Positions 19,516-30,781 of a DNA stretch of 64,000 bases are shown in pieces. This stretch comes from a virus. The position numbers and the translations under genes are program-made. Location: the IMG/VR virus record IMGVR_UViG_3300010412_000412, positions 8,022 to 72,021 of that record, one strand, 5' to 3'. Numbering within the stretch: the stretch's first letter is position 1; the number at the start of each line of letters is the position of its first letter. The notes beneath the pieces were generated by a model. It searched no databases and was not told the origin of the DNA. It saw nothing but the letters and a program-made list of their open reading frames with translations.

Positions 19516-20958
19516 ATGGCAAGGGAATTTCTTGGTGTTGGTATAACAGCTATTAAAAATGGTGAAGATGAATTTTTTTATCCGGGTCATGAAACAGCTA
19601 ATCAAATAAGTGTAGATACTACTAATTTTGATAATTTATTAACACCAAATGAAGATACTGTTCAAAAATGTTTTGATAAAATTAATGATTTTTCTGCTAA
19701 TGAAATACCAAATATTACTGAATTTGCACAAGATGCTATTGGTAATATTTTAACAAATACTTGGACGATAAATTGGACGTATGATGATATAAATAATATA
19801 ATAAGTTCAAATATAAATTATCAAATGAGTATAGATAGTGATTCTTTTGGCATAAAATTAAAAGGTGATATTGATGAACCAGGATTATATAAATTTTATG
19901 GTACAAATGAAAATGGTATAAAAGGATGGTATGGATTACAAGGTATTTATGGCAATATGATAATTTATAATCCTTTTAGTCTTGATTTTACACATTTTCA
20001 TAGAGAACATATAAAATTATTTACTGTTGAAACTGATATATATTATTCAATAGGAACTCAACCAAATACTGTTTATACAAGAAGTCAAGGTGGATTTGCT
20101 TGGTATAAATCAGGTAAACATGATCCAACAAGTTATAATCCTGGTATTGGTGGATCTGTACAAATGTTATTACACGATTCAGGTAATTTAATAATTGGTT
20201 CTGATATTGATGATGGTATTAATAAATTACAAATTAATGGTACATTAAAAACAAATGGTATTCATTTACCAGATGGATTACATGGTGATATAATTGTAAG
20301 AGATGGAAATAATTTCAATAGATTACCACCTGGTATACCAGGAGAAGTATTAATCACAAAAGGTGCAGGAATGACCCCAGAATGGGGACAAGTATCATTA
20401 CAAGGATCGTCAGGTGTAGCGGGTGGTTTTAATTCAGGTGGTTTTTTTGATAATGCAAAAATGGCAAAAGATCCTACTGTTAGATTATTTTCATATGATG
20501 AAATTATAATAGCACCCATTACTGTTTGGAAAAATGTAACAATGGATTTAATGGGTGTATATGCAACAAAAGATGGTGATAGTCCATTATCTAATCAAAA
20601 ATTAAGATTATTGATATATGATACAGATCAACAATTAGGATGGCCTGATTCATTAATATATCAATCTTCAGAATTACAAATAGATAGAATGATATTTATA
20701 TCAGAAATAATTAATGTTACATTTCAAGGTGGAAAAACATATTGGGTAGGTATACATACAAAAAATAATCCTGAAATGAGAAGTATACATCCTGATGTTG
20801 TTCCTCCATTAGGGTTAGATTTTTTAAATAATCAATATTATACTGTATTACAACAATATATACCATTTGCGAATGGAGCACCATCTACATGGACAATGAA
20901 TGATAATCAATTTTTACGAACAGATGTTGTTAGTATACGTTTTAGAATTTCAAATTGA
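19516..20958 (+). CDS. Tail fibre-like structural protein
   Basis: GNLIIG...DDG.NKLQING and G.VL...G....P.W fibre motifs. Confidence 0.6.
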   Translation: MAREFLGVGITAIKNGEDEFFYPGHETANQISVDTTNFDNLLTPNEDTVQKCFDKINDFSANEIPNITEFAQDAIGNILTNTWTINWTYDDINNIISSNINYQMSIDSDSFGIKLKGDIDEPGLYKFYGTNENGIKGWYGLQGIYGNMIIYNPFSLDFTHFHREHIKLFTVETDIYYSIGTQPNTVYTRSQGGFAWYKSGKHDPTSYNPGIGGSVQMLLHDSGNLIIGSDIDDGINKLQINGTLKTNGIHLPDGLHGDIIVRDGNNFNRLPPGIPGEVLITKGAGMTPEWGQVSLQGSSGVAGGFNSGGFFDNAKMAKDPTVRLFSYDEIIIAPITVWKNVTMDLMGVYATKDGDSPLSNQKLRLLIYDTDQQLGWPDSLIYQSSELQIDRMIFISEIINVTFQGGKTYWVGIHTKNNPEMRSIHPDVVPPLGLDFLNNQYYTVLQQYIPFANGAPSTWTMNDNQFLRTDVVSIRFRISN

Positions 20959-20970
20959 AAGGTTTATATT

Positions 20971-21843
20971 ATGAGTTTATATAAAGAAACAAATATAGCA
21001 GGTAGTGAATATGTTAGAACAAATAGAGTTATTTTAGATAATCCTATTTCAGGAAAAAGAATAGCACATTATATTGAAGAAAAAATTATCAATTTAGATA
21101 ATAATGATACTTTAAAAATACCAAAAGGTGAATTAACATTTGATGTTTCTAATTTATCCACAATATTTCCATTATATAATCCTGAAACAGGTAATCCTAT
21201 ACCAGGACAATTTAGTAATTATTCAACAATTCATCATTTATTATATTCAGCTTATATATATCAAGCATCAAAAAGAGATAAATTAATACCAATATTTTCT
21301 ACTATACCAAAATTAAATGCTTATGTTGATGCTCCTTATCGTTTTGATGTATTAATTGTTGATAATGATACAGATGCTACAAATATAACAATTAATTATG
21401 TTGAAAAACCAGCATGGTTATCTTTTAGTGATTATGGTGATAAAACAGCAGTATTAAGTGGTACACCTTCTATTAATGATGTGGGAAATGTTACTGTTAA
21501 ATTAAGTGCTAGTGATGGATCAATTACAGAATATTTTGAATATACTTTAAATGTTTCACAAACAACTATACCAATTTTTATAAGTGAACCAATATTAACA
21601 GCAACAGAAAATGTTCTTTATACATATAATATAACTGTTATTGATGATTCAATAGTTAATTTATCATGTATAACAAAACCAACATGGTTATCTTTTATTG
21701 ATAATGGTAATAATACTGCAATATTAAGTGGTACACCAAGTTCAGAACATATAGGAATGATCAATATAGATATTGAAATATTAGCAGATGATTCAACACG
21801 AATAACAAATCAAGATTTCACAATAGAAGTCATAGCAGCATGA
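20971..21843 (+). CDS. Virion protein with two putative Ig-like repeats
   Basis: Two copies of KP.WLSF.D.G..TA.LSGTPS. Confidence 0.7.
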   Translation: MSLYKETNIAGSEYVRTNRVILDNPISGKRIAHYIEEKIINLDNNDTLKIPKGELTFDVSNLSTIFPLYNPETGNPIPGQFSNYSTIHHLLYSAYIYQASKRDKLIPIFSTIPKLNAYVDAPYRFDVLIVDNDTDATNITINYVEKPAWLSFSDYGDKTAVLSGTPSINDVGNVTVKLSASDGSITEYFEYTLNVSQTTIPIFISEPILTATENVLYTYNITVIDDSIVNLSCITKPTWLSFIDNGNNTAILSGTPSSEHIGMINIDIEILADDSTRITNQDFTIEVIAA

Positions 21844-22325
21844 ATAAAGTATATTGTTATAATCCACATTTAGCTAATGATTCAATTGTTCAATTTTTAT
21901 TTTTTGATACAATAGCAAATTTAATATCGACAGAAAATGGTATATTAAATATTACAAATGTTGGTGTATGGGAATGTGAAATACCAATAATATTAACAGA
22001 AGGCGAATATACAGTAATTGTAAAAAGCAATAATATTGTTTTAGGAAAAGAAGAAATATATTGGGATAGTGAAAAAATAATACCAAAATCACAAATATAT
22101 GCTAAAGCAGTAAGAGAAGAATTAAATCCTGAAATAATTCATTTAGTAAGTTTAACAAATGGATTAACAATAAATCAATCAACAATGTTATTAGAATTAT
22201 ATCGTTTAATGGGTTTAGATCCCACAAAACCATTATTTGTAAGTAAAAATCAAAGAATTGCTGGTGATGAAATAAAACAACGTATAGATGATAATCATAT
22301 TAGAACAATAATTACAAGAGAATAA
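21840..22325 (+). CDS. Hypothetical protein
   Basis: 161-aa ORF overlapping the upstream stop (ATGA). Confidence 0.55.
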   Translation: MNKVYCYNPHLANDSIVQFLFFDTIANLISTENGILNITNVGVWECEIPIILTEGEYTVIVKSNNIVLGKEEIYWDSEKIIPKSQIYAKAVREELNPEIIHLVSLTNGLTINQSTMLLELYRLMGLDPTKPLFVSKNQRIAGDEIKQRIDDNHIRTIITRE

Positions 22326-22329
22326 ATAA

Positions 22330-25300
22330 ATGTCAAAATTACCAATGAATAAAAATCCATATTTTAATGATTTTAGTTCAGAAAAGAATTTTATGCGTGT
22401 TCTTTTTCAACCAGGTCGTCCTGTACAAACAAGAGAATTAAATCAATTACAAAGCATTTTAGGACATCAAATTGAAAGTTTTGCTAATCACATTTTCAAA
22501 AATGGTTCAAGAGTAAGTAATGCACAAGCTGGTTTAAAAGCACAAAGTTATATTCGATTAGAAGATTTTAAATATTATAAAGAAAATGTTCCTGATGCAA
22601 TATATGAAAAAACAAATGAATATGTTGATTTGTCTATTTATAAAGCTGGTATGCTTATTGTTGGTGAAACATCAACAATAAGAGCACGTTTAGTAAAAGC
22701 AATTAATAAAGAAAATGATGATCCACCAACAATATATATAGTTTATTTATCTACTGGTATTGATTCAGAAACTATAAAATTTATTCCTGGTGAAATATTA
22801 GAATTTCATGATGAAAATGATGAAGTTGTTTATTCTGTTAGAATTAAATGTCCTGGTTGTGAAAATGAAAATGATTTAGATAATATAGAACCTCTTGGTA
22901 ATGGTTCTATATTTACTATAAATGAAGGTATATTTTATTTTGAAGGATTTTTTATTGAAAATAAACATCAAGATATTGTTGTTAGTAAATATGGTGAAAT
23001 AGTAGATTGTAAATTAGGTTTTGATTTTATTCAAACAATTATTACAAATGAAGAAGATGAAACATTATTAGATAATGCTTTAGGTTATCCTAATAATTCA
23101 GCACCTGGTGCTGATCGTTATAAAATAGAATTGATTTTAACGAAAAGAAGTTTAAATAATGAAGATGGTGAGAATTATATACTTTTAGCAAAAGTTGAAA
23201 ATGGTGTATATACTTATTTGAAAGAAGATACGCAATATGCTAATATTATGGATATGATTGCTAAAAGAACATATGAAATTAATGGCAATTTTACTGTTAA
23301 TCCATTTCGTTTACGTTTCATAGAAGATAAAGCAATAAGTATTGATGATCCACATGGATATGATATAGAAGGTGATGAGAATTATGTTAGGGCAGTTGTT
23401 AGTAATGGTATATCTTATGTTAATGGTTATCGTTTTGAAAATACTAGTGATCAATATATACCAATGCAAAAAGCACGTGATACTAAAAAAATATCAGGGT
23501 TTACAAAATATTTTGAAGAACGTTCTTATTTTTTCTTACAACCATTAAAAAGTTATAGTGTTTATCCAAATGATCCTAATATACCAAGTAATGTAGATAA
23601 TACAATTATACAAGTATATGATGGCCCGTTTACGGTATCAAAAATCCCATCAGGTACATTAATAGCAACATTTAAAATATATGATGTTAAAGGTACATCT
23701 ATAGGAACTATTAATGCAGGTGGTGTAATTTCTTCAATTATTATTGTTAATGGAGGACAAAATTATACAAGTGCACCAACAATAGTATTTGAAGGTGGTG
23801 GTGGAACAAATGCTTCTGCTCAGGCAATAATAACAAATGGTAAAGTTGTATCTATAATAGTATCAAATGGTGGACAAAATTATGAATATCCTCCTACTAT
23901 AACATTTAATGGTGGTGGGGGTAGTGGTGCTGTTGCTAAAGCAACAATATCTGGTCCAGCTGTTTTTAAATATTATTTTTATGATTTAAAAATTTTAGAA
24001 GAAGGAAGAAAATTAAGTGAAGGACAAAGTTTTATAGATTCAGGATCAACTAATAATTTTAAAGCAATACCATGGACAGATAATGTAAAAATATATAATC
24101 CTGGTAATACAGAATTATTATGGCAAATAGAAAGAGATGATATAAAATCATTAAGAAGTATAGATGATGATGAAAATCCAGATCCCCCTGGTAGTATTAG
24201 TATTTTTTTAAGAAGAAAATTATCAGGTACATTAGATAGTAATGGAACAAGAACATTTAATTCATATACAAATGAATATTTTGAACCATATAATGCAACA
24301 TCAACAATATGTGTGATAGAAAAAGATCAAATATTTTATACAGTAGATTTAGGTATAAATAATCGTTTCAATAGAACACCAATTAGTATAACTATTAATT
24401 TAGGTGCAAGTTTAGATGTTGGAACAGGTACTGATATATCAACATCTGGTGCAACATTAACAATCATACATAATGTGTTAAGAACAAATGCATCTGAAGA
24501 TAAAAAAACAAAATCAGAAACAATAGAATCTATAAATATCATACCTACATTAAATGAAATTGGTTTAGGTATAACAGATGCTTTTTCTATAATGTATGTT
24601 TATCAATATGATCCAGCTGATGATCCAATTACTTTACATGAAGTTGATATAACAGAACAATTTCAATTAATAAATGGAATAAAAGATTTCGCATATAATG
24701 AATCAAAAATTGTTTTCAAAGGAACAGAAATTAATCCATTATTAAGATGGAGATTTAAAATAAATTATTATGAACATGATAATACAAATAATTTAGGATA
24801 TTATACAATAGATTCATATAAAGAATTAATAGAAAGTGGAAAATTAGAATATGATAGTGATTTAAAACACATATCAAATAATAAAACAGAATATCATTTA
24901 TTCAATTGTTTTGATTTCAGACCAAATATAATAAATAATGTCATATCAGGAAATAGTATACCTGTTATTGGTAGTACAGCAATATTTGATATTGAATATT
25001 ATTTAAAAAGAATAGATTTATTATGTGTAAATAAAGATAGTGATTTATATATCAAAAAAGGTATACCAGCAGAAACACCATTAATACCAACTTTAGATGA
25101 TTATGCAATGGCATTATATGAAATACATTTGCAACCTTATACATATTCACTTGAAGATATTAAAATAAAATATATTGAAAACAAACGTTATACAATGCGT
25201 GATATTGGTGGTATATCTAACCGTTTAAAAAGTTTAGAATATTATACATTATTAAATTTATTAGAATCAAATGTACAAAATTCATCAATAAAAGATAAAG

Positions 25301-28284
25301 ATGGTTTTGATCGTTTCAAAAATGGATTTGTCACAGATAATTTTCAAGATTATAATGCTGCTGATTTAACTAATACCGAATTTAGAGCAGCATTAGATAG
25401 AAAAACAAGACAATTAAGACCAAGTTTCACTGCAAGAAATAAAAAATTATCAATCAAAGGTTTACCAACAAATGCAATATTTAAAGGTAAAATGGCAATG
25501 ATTGATTATAATGATCATATTATTGATGAACAGCCTTTTGCAACAAAACATATAAGTATCAATCCTTATTTTCAATTTAAAAAAATGGGAGAAATGGTTT
25601 TATCACCAAATAATGATACATGGAGTGATACAGAAAGACAACCTGATTTAGTTGTTAATGTTGATACAGGAACAGATGCTGTTAGTAGAATAGCAAATGA
25701 AATTGGTTTATTAGGTACGACATGGGGAAATTGGAGTGATTTAAATCGTTCTATTGATTCAACAAATATCACAACTGATGTAGAAGGTGGTGGTGTTATG
25801 TTTAGAAATACCCAAACAAGTAATTTAACATCAAGAAGACGTGGTATTAATAGAACAATTGAAAGTAGAACAGATTCTTATAATTTAGGTGATAGAATAA
25901 CAGATATTAATATTATTCCTTTCATGCGTGCTACTACTATTCAATTTTATGCTACTAAATTAAAACCATTAACAAAAGTTTGGGCATTTTTTGATAAAAA
26001 ACCAGTAAGTCAATATTGTAGAACTTTTCAAGGATTAAATACTGATCAATTAATGACAGATGCAAATGGTCAAATAGCAGGTATATTTGAATGTCCACCT
26101 GGTCAATTTTTCACAGGAGATAGAATTTTTTATATTACATCAGATAAAGATTTAACAGGTGACCCAGATTTAGAAACAACAGCAGCAGAAGCATTATTTT
26201 TTAGTGGTGGAATGGATATTACAAAACAAAGTACCACAATGAATGTTATGACTCCTGATATAAGAGAAGAAGCAATAACACAAAATAGAACTATTACATC
26301 TATTAGAACTACCACTACTATTCGTTGTCCAGAAGGTACTACTTGGAATGGTACAGAATGTGAACAACAAAATCCTCCAAGACAAGCCTGTATGAGATGT
26401 GGTTTTTGTCCTGGTTGCACTGATCCTATTGCTCAATCTTTTAAATTAGAAAAAGATCATTTTATAACAGGTTTAGATATATATTTTCAACAAATTGATA
26501 CTTTAACTGATGAAATATTTGTTCAAATTCGTAATATGAATAATGGTTATCCTGGTAAAACTATATTATCTGATAAAAGAATATTAACACCTAATTTAAT
26601 AGCAAGTGATGATAGTTCTGTTCCTTATCATGTTAAATTTAATTTTCCTATTTTTGTACAAGGTAATGTTGAATATTGTTTTGTTATTGGTGGTTTCAGT
26701 CCTGATACAAGAGTATGGGTTGCAAAAGTAGGTGATACAGTTGTAAATATTCCTAATAAAATAGTAGAAACTCAACCTTCAATTGGTTCTTCTTTTAGAA
26801 GTCAAAATGCTGAAACATGGAATGCAGAACAATATGAAGATATAAAATATCGTCTTTATGTTGCTAAATTTAAAAGAAAAGAATTGAATCTTTCAATGGA
26901 ACATATACCAGAAAGAATTAAATTACAACGTAATCCTTTTGAAAGTCAAACTGGTTCTAATTTAATTCGTGTTTCAATAAAAGATCATGGATTCAATGCA
27001 AATGATAATATTACTCTTAGTTTAACTGAATCAGATTGGGTAGAAATTGGTATTGATGAAGGACAAATGCGTATTGGTATGTTATTATCAACTACAGTAA
27101 ATAATTTTCAAGGTATTGTAACTGCTTATAGAACTGATCAAATAAAAACAGAAGTACAATTTCAAGAAATAACAGGTGAATATGATAAAAATGAACCTTT
27201 TGTTTGTGCTGATTTTGATTTGTTTATACATGATTTATATATGTTTGAACAAATTGGTTATCATGCAGCTGATGTATCAAATGATGGACGTGTTCGTTAT
27301 AATAGAGTAGAAGGAAAAATATTAAGTGATCCACCAATTAAATTGAATGGTATACCAATAAAAGAATTAAATAAAACACATACTATATTATCAGTAGATA
27401 GTATAGATAGTATAATTATTCAAGTAGAAACACCCGCAATCACAAGTGGTAGTTTTGGTGGTGAAGAAATATATTCACATATTAATGAAAAATTTGAAGT
27501 ATTTAATGTGAGTGGTGCATATATGGGATATGGTTCAGAAGAAACGTTTAAATTTAAAGGTATCGCACATAATCCTATAAATGGTTCATTTATAGATTAT
27601 CAACAATTACCAATTAGACAATTCAGATTAGGAGAAGATAATCATTTAAGTCAACCATATAAAATCATATCAAAAGATAATTATGCAGCAGGTAGAAAAG
27701 TTAATATTTCTTTATCTTTTGTTTCAAAAAATGAATGGATTTCACCAATGGTAAATACAGATTCTTTTAGTATAACAACTATTAGTAATAGAATAGAATG
27801 GGTAACAAAAGAACAATTGAATGTTATACCAAATGCATCTGGACGTTTTTTAAGTGAATCTGATCCAATGAATGGTAGTGAAAAATATAAATATATTACG
27901 AAAGTTATAAATTTAAAAAATCCAGCAGATGATTTAATGATTGCATTTGAAGTTTATAAACCTATTGAAGCAGATTATGATGTTTGGGTAAAAATATTAT
28001 CTCCATATGAAGAAAATAATATAGATGATAAAAGATGGATGAGAATAATTGGTTATGATAAAACACATCATTCTTCAGATTTAGATGATAAAATAGAAGT
28101 TGAATTAACATTAAGTGAATTACAAGTTGAAGTATATTCTAATAACGAAACTTTTGTAGTAAAAAATTGGTATGATTTAGAAAATGATCAATTTAGTTCA
28201 TTTAGAATAAAAATTATTGGTAAATCAAAAAATCCTTCTTTACCACCATTATTTGAGAATTTTAGAGCTATTGCATTAACATGA
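22330..28284 (+). CDS. Very large virion structural protein (VrlC/DUF4815-like)
   Basis: NPYFNDF...KNF.RVLF.PGRPVQTRELNQLQS, APGADR, YTMRDIG, RFKNGF..D.F and DPIAQSF motifs. Confidence 0.75.
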   Translation: MSKLPMNKNPYFNDFSSEKNFMRVLFQPGRPVQTRELNQLQSILGHQIESFANHIFKNGSRVSNAQAGLKAQSYIRLEDFKYYKENVPDAIYEKTNEYVDLSIYKAGMLIVGETSTIRARLVKAINKENDDPPTIYIVYLSTGIDSETIKFIPGEILEFHDENDEVVYSVRIKCPGCENENDLDNIEPLGNGSIFTINEGIFYFEGFFIENKHQDIVVSKYGEIVDCKLGFDFIQTIITNEEDETLLDNALGYPNNSAPGADRYKIELILTKRSLNNEDGENYILLAKVENGVYTYLKEDTQYANIMDMIAKRTYEINGNFTVNPFRLRFIEDKAISIDDPHGYDIEGDENYVRAVVSNGISYVNGYRFENTSDQYIPMQKARDTKKISGFTKYFEERSYFFLQPLKSYSVYPNDPNIPSNVDNTIIQVYDGPFTVSKIPSGTLIATFKIYDVKGTSIGTINAGGVISSIIIVNGGQNYTSAPTIVFEGGGGTNASAQAIITNGKVVSIIVSNGGQNYEYPPTITFNGGGGSGAVAKATISGPAVFKYYFYDLKILEEGRKLSEGQSFIDSGSTNNFKAIPWTDNVKIYNPGNTELLWQIERDDIKSLRSIDDDENPDPPGSISIFLRRKLSGTLDSNGTRTFNSYTNEYFEPYNATSTICVIEKDQIFYTVDLGINNRFNRTPISITINLGASLDVGTGTDISTSGATLTIIHNVLRTNASEDKKTKSETIESINIIPTLNEIGLGITDAFSIMYVYQYDPADDPITLHEVDITEQFQLINGIKDFAYNESKIVFKGTEINPLLRWRFKINYYEHDNTNNLGYYTIDSYKELIESGKLEYDSDLKHISNNKTEYHLFNCFDFRPNIINNVISGNSIPVIGSTAIFDIEYYLKRIDLLCVNKDSDLYIKKGIPAETPLIPTLDDYAMALYEIHLQPYTYSLEDIKIKYIENKRYTMRDIGGISNRLKSLEYYTLLNLLESNVQNSSIKDKDGFDRFKNGFVTDNFQDYNAADLTNTEFRAALDRKTRQLRPSFTARNKKLSIKGLPTNAIFKGKMAMIDYNDHIIDEQPFATKHISINPYFQFKKMGEMVLSPNNDTWSDTERQPDLVVNVDTGTDAVSRIANEIGLLGTTWGNWSDLNRSIDSTNITTDVEGGGVMFRNTQTSNLTSRRRGINRTIESRTDSYNLGDRITDINIIPFMRATTIQFYATKLKPLTKVWAFFDKKPVSQYCRTFQGLNTDQLMTDANGQIAGIFECPPGQFFTGDRIFYITSDKDLTGDPDLETTAAEALFFSGGMDITKQSTTMNVMTPDIREEAITQNRTITSIRTTTTIRCPEGTTWNGTECEQQNPPRQACMRCGFCPGCTDPIAQSFKLEKDHFITGLDIYFQQIDTLTDEIFVQIRNMNNGYPGKTILSDKRILTPNLIASDDSSVPYHVKFNFPIFVQGNVEYCFVIGGFSPDTRVWVAKVGDTVVNIPNKIVETQPSIGSSFRSQNAETWNAEQYEDIKYRLYVAKFKRKELNLSMEHIPERIKLQRNPFESQTGSNLIRVSIKDHGFNANDNITLSLTESDWVEIGIDEGQMRIGMLLSTTVNNFQGIVTAYRTDQIKTEVQFQEITGEYDKNEPFVCADFDLFIHDLYMFEQIGYHAADVSNDGRVRYNRVEGKILSDPPIKLNGIPIKELNKTHTILSVDSIDSIIIQVETPAITSGSFGGEEIYSHINEKFEVFNVSGAYMGYGSEETFKFKGIAHNPINGSFIDYQQLPIRQFRLGEDNHLSQPYKIISKDNYAAGRKVNISLSFVSKNEWISPMVNTDSFSITTISNRIEWVTKEQLNVIPNASGRFLSESDPMNGSEKYKYITKVINLKNPADDLMIAFEVYKPIEADYDVWVKILSPYEENNIDDKRWMRIIGYDKTHHSSDLDDKIEVELTLSELQVEVYSNNETFVVKNWYDLENDQFSSFRIKIIGKSKNPSLPPLFENFRAIALT

Positions 28285-28505
28285 TACATATACAAAAAAT
28301 ACAAGGTTATAATGAATTACGAAAAATAGATAATGCTTATATTATTAATACAGATGATAAAAATTATCAAACAGCATTAAATCGTTTAAATACACGTAAA
28401 AAAATAAAAGAATTTGAAAAAAGATTAGGTAATATTGAAGAAACATTTAATATAATTCAACAAAAATTATCATCTATTGAATCACTTTTAAAGGATATAA
28501 AATAA
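28281..28505 (+). CDS. Small coiled-coil hypothetical protein
   Basis: 74 aa, translationally coupled to the large virion gene. Confidence 0.55.
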   Translation: MIHIQKIQGYNELRKIDNAYIINTDDKNYQTALNRLNTRKKIKEFEKRLGNIEETFNIIQQKLSSIESLLKDIK

Positions 28506-28506
28506 T

Positions 28507-29517
28507 ATGGCTATTATTCAAATACAAGAATCTGAATTTTTTTATGATTGGCGTAATAAATTTAATCAAATTGGTGTTTTATTAGGTGATCTTTCATCAT
28601 TAACTACTACTAATAAAACTTCTTTAATTAATGCTATTAATGAATTAGATTCTGATATTGGTGATTTATCAACATTAGATTCTAATATTGGTAATTTAGC
28701 TAATTTGAATACTACTGATAAAACATCATTGGTTAATGCAATCAATGAATTAGTTAATTCTATTAATGGTTTAGATTCTGAGATAGGGGATTTATTAACA
28801 TTAACGACTACATTGAAAACTTCTTTAATTGATGCTATTAATGAATTAGATTCTGATATTGGTGATTTATCTAATTTATCAACTACAGAAAAAACATCAT
28901 TAGTTAACTCAGTTAATGAATTAGATTCTGATATTAGTGATTTATCAACATTAACAACTACAGAAAAAACATCTTTAGTTGACTCAATCAATGAATTAGA
29001 TTCTGATATTGGTGATTTATCTAATTTATCAACTACTAATAAAACATCTTTAATTAATTCAATTAATGAATTAGATTCTGATATTGGTAATTTAGCTAAT
29101 TTATCAACTACAGAAAAAACATCATTAATTGGTGCAATTAATGAAATATTAAATTTACAATTAATAAATACTTGTGAATTTACAATAGGAACAGAAACAA
29201 CTGATGTCATAAATATTTCTATACAATTAAAAGATTATCAAAATAATAATATTAATTTCATAGCTAATATTTTTGGATATTTAAGTGATGATATAAATGG
29301 AATTTCATTATTATCAACAGAACATAGTGGTGGATGGGCAATAGGTACATCAGGTTTATTATTACCAATAATAGCTAATAAAACAGCATATTTTACAACC
29401 AATATAACAGGTGAATTTAATATAGATATAACAGATATAGGTAATAAAACAGCATATTTAGTGATTGTTTTGCCAAACGGAAAAACAATCACTAGTTCAG
29501 CAATTATTCATGTATAA
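28507..29517 (+). CDS. Fibritin/whisker-like repeat protein
   Basis: F.DWR.K.N start, about seven 25-aa repeats, sits directly before gp13 (wac position). Confidence 0.6.
   Translation: MAIIQIQESEFFYDWRNKFNQIGVLLGDLSSLTTTNKTSLINAINELDSDIGDLSTLDSNIGNLANLNTTDKTSLVNAINELVNSINGLDSEIGDLLTLTTTLKTSLIDAINELDSDIGDLSNLSTTEKTSLVNSVNELDSDISDLSTLTTTEKTSLVDSINELDSDIGDLSNLSTTNKTSLINSINELDSDIGNLANLSTTEKTSLIGAINEILNLQLINTCEFTIGTETTDVINISIQLKDYQNNNINFIANIFGYLSDDINGISLLSTEHSGGWAIGTSGLLLPIIANKTAYFTTNITGEFNIDITDIGNKTAYLVIVLPNGKTITSSAIIHV
28580..29150 (+). repeat. About 75-bp coding tandem repeat (ELDSDIGDLSNLSTTEKTSL..AIN)
   Basis: aatgaattagattctgatatt recurs near 28639, 28840, 28915, 28990 and 29065. Confidence 0.85.
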
Positions 29518-29526
29518 AGGAAATAA

Positions 29527-30264
29527 ATGTCAAATTCATGTAGAAATGATTTAAAAAATTATATTTTAAGAAAATTAGGATCACCTGCTATTCAAATAAA
29601 TGTAACAGATGAACAAATATATGATAGAATAGATGATGCTTTAGATATTTATTGGGAATGGCATCATGAAGGCACATTTAAGGATTATGTTACACATATA
29701 ATGACTGCTGACAATATATTAACAAAAACAATACCTATTGATGAATGGATATATACAGTAATAAGAATAATATCATTAGGTGGTCCAGAAAATTCTGTAA
29801 ATTTAGAATATCAATCATATATGCAAAATATTGGTACACAATTAATGGTGCAAGATAGTGGTATACTAAATTATACTATCAATGAAAGTTATTTTAATCT
29901 TGTTGATTCATTTTTTAGAAGACAAAAAATTATAGATTTTAATCAACGACATAATATATTACATATTCGTTCAGATATCAATTATATAAATGAAGGTGAT
30001 ATAATAGTATTTGAAGTTTATAGATTGAATGAGCCAGATAAATATAAAGAAACATGGAATGATTGGTGGTTGAAAAAATATGTTACAGAACTTGTTAAAA
30101 AACAATGGGGACAGAATATGAGTAAATATGATGGTATTCAATTACCAGGTGGTATAACATTAAATGGAAGACAAATATATGATGATGCTCAACAACAAAT
30201 AGAAAGATTAGAAGAACAATTATTGGAATCATTAACATTACCAATTGATTTTCTAGTGGGATAA
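29527..30264 (+). CDS. gp13: Neck protein gp13
   Basis: LKNYILRKLGSP.I.INVT.EQI.D.I.DAL and KKQWGQNM.KY.G.QLPGGITLNG. Confidence 0.9.
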   Translation: MSNSCRNDLKNYILRKLGSPAIQINVTDEQIYDRIDDALDIYWEWHHEGTFKDYVTHIMTADNILTKTIPIDEWIYTVIRIISLGGPENSVNLEYQSYMQNIGTQLMVQDSGILNYTINESYFNLVDSFFRRQKIIDFNQRHNILHIRSDINYINEGDIIVFEVYRLNEPDKYKETWNDWWLKKYVTELVKKQWGQNMSKYDGIQLPGGITLNGRQIYDDAQQQIERLEEQLLESLTLPIDFLVG

Positions 30265-30769
30265 TGATAACATTTAATCAATATTTGAATGAAGGTTTTA
30301 ATGGTCACAATTTGAATTATCAATAAATAAATATAAAAAATTAATGGTTTTTTATGAAAGAATTAAAAAAACATCTATAAATCTTCGTTCATATATACAT
30401 CCTTTTTTTGATTATGATGTGAAACAAATTATGAAATTAACTACAGGTAATTATAGAGGTATAATATTTGTTGATGAAAAATTTATGGATATTTTTATAT
30501 GGGATGAAATAATAGATCATGCTACTTTTTTATTTTATTTAGAAAAAAATATTAATAAAATTAATAAAATACCAAAAAATATACAATATGAAAAACTATA
30601 TTATATAATTTATAATTTAGATGATTCAACAATAATAAAAAAACCATTTTGTTTTCCTTTTGTAATTGAAAATATTATATTAAAAACAAATTTATCATTA
30701 TCACAAATTAATATATTAAATAATAAATTAAATTTAAGTAATCTTTTTGGGTTATTTAAAGAAAAATAG
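30264..30769 (+). pseudogene. Internal-protein family paralog, 1-nt deletion near 30306
   Basis: ATG 30264 MITFNQYLNEGFN is out of frame with ORF 30344 (FYE..YRGIIF..IFIWD..CFPF). Confidence 0.6.
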
Positions 30770-30781
30770 GTTCAAAAAATT

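Noticed and set aside
28580-29150. Possible CRISPR array
   Set aside because: The repeats are degenerate, in-frame coding units without unique spacers, and no cas genes are present.
18683-29492. Antisense ORFs such as 18683-19183, 26130-26420 and 28566-29210
   Set aside because: They are shadows of codon bias in well-supported plus-strand genes, with no RBS or motifs.
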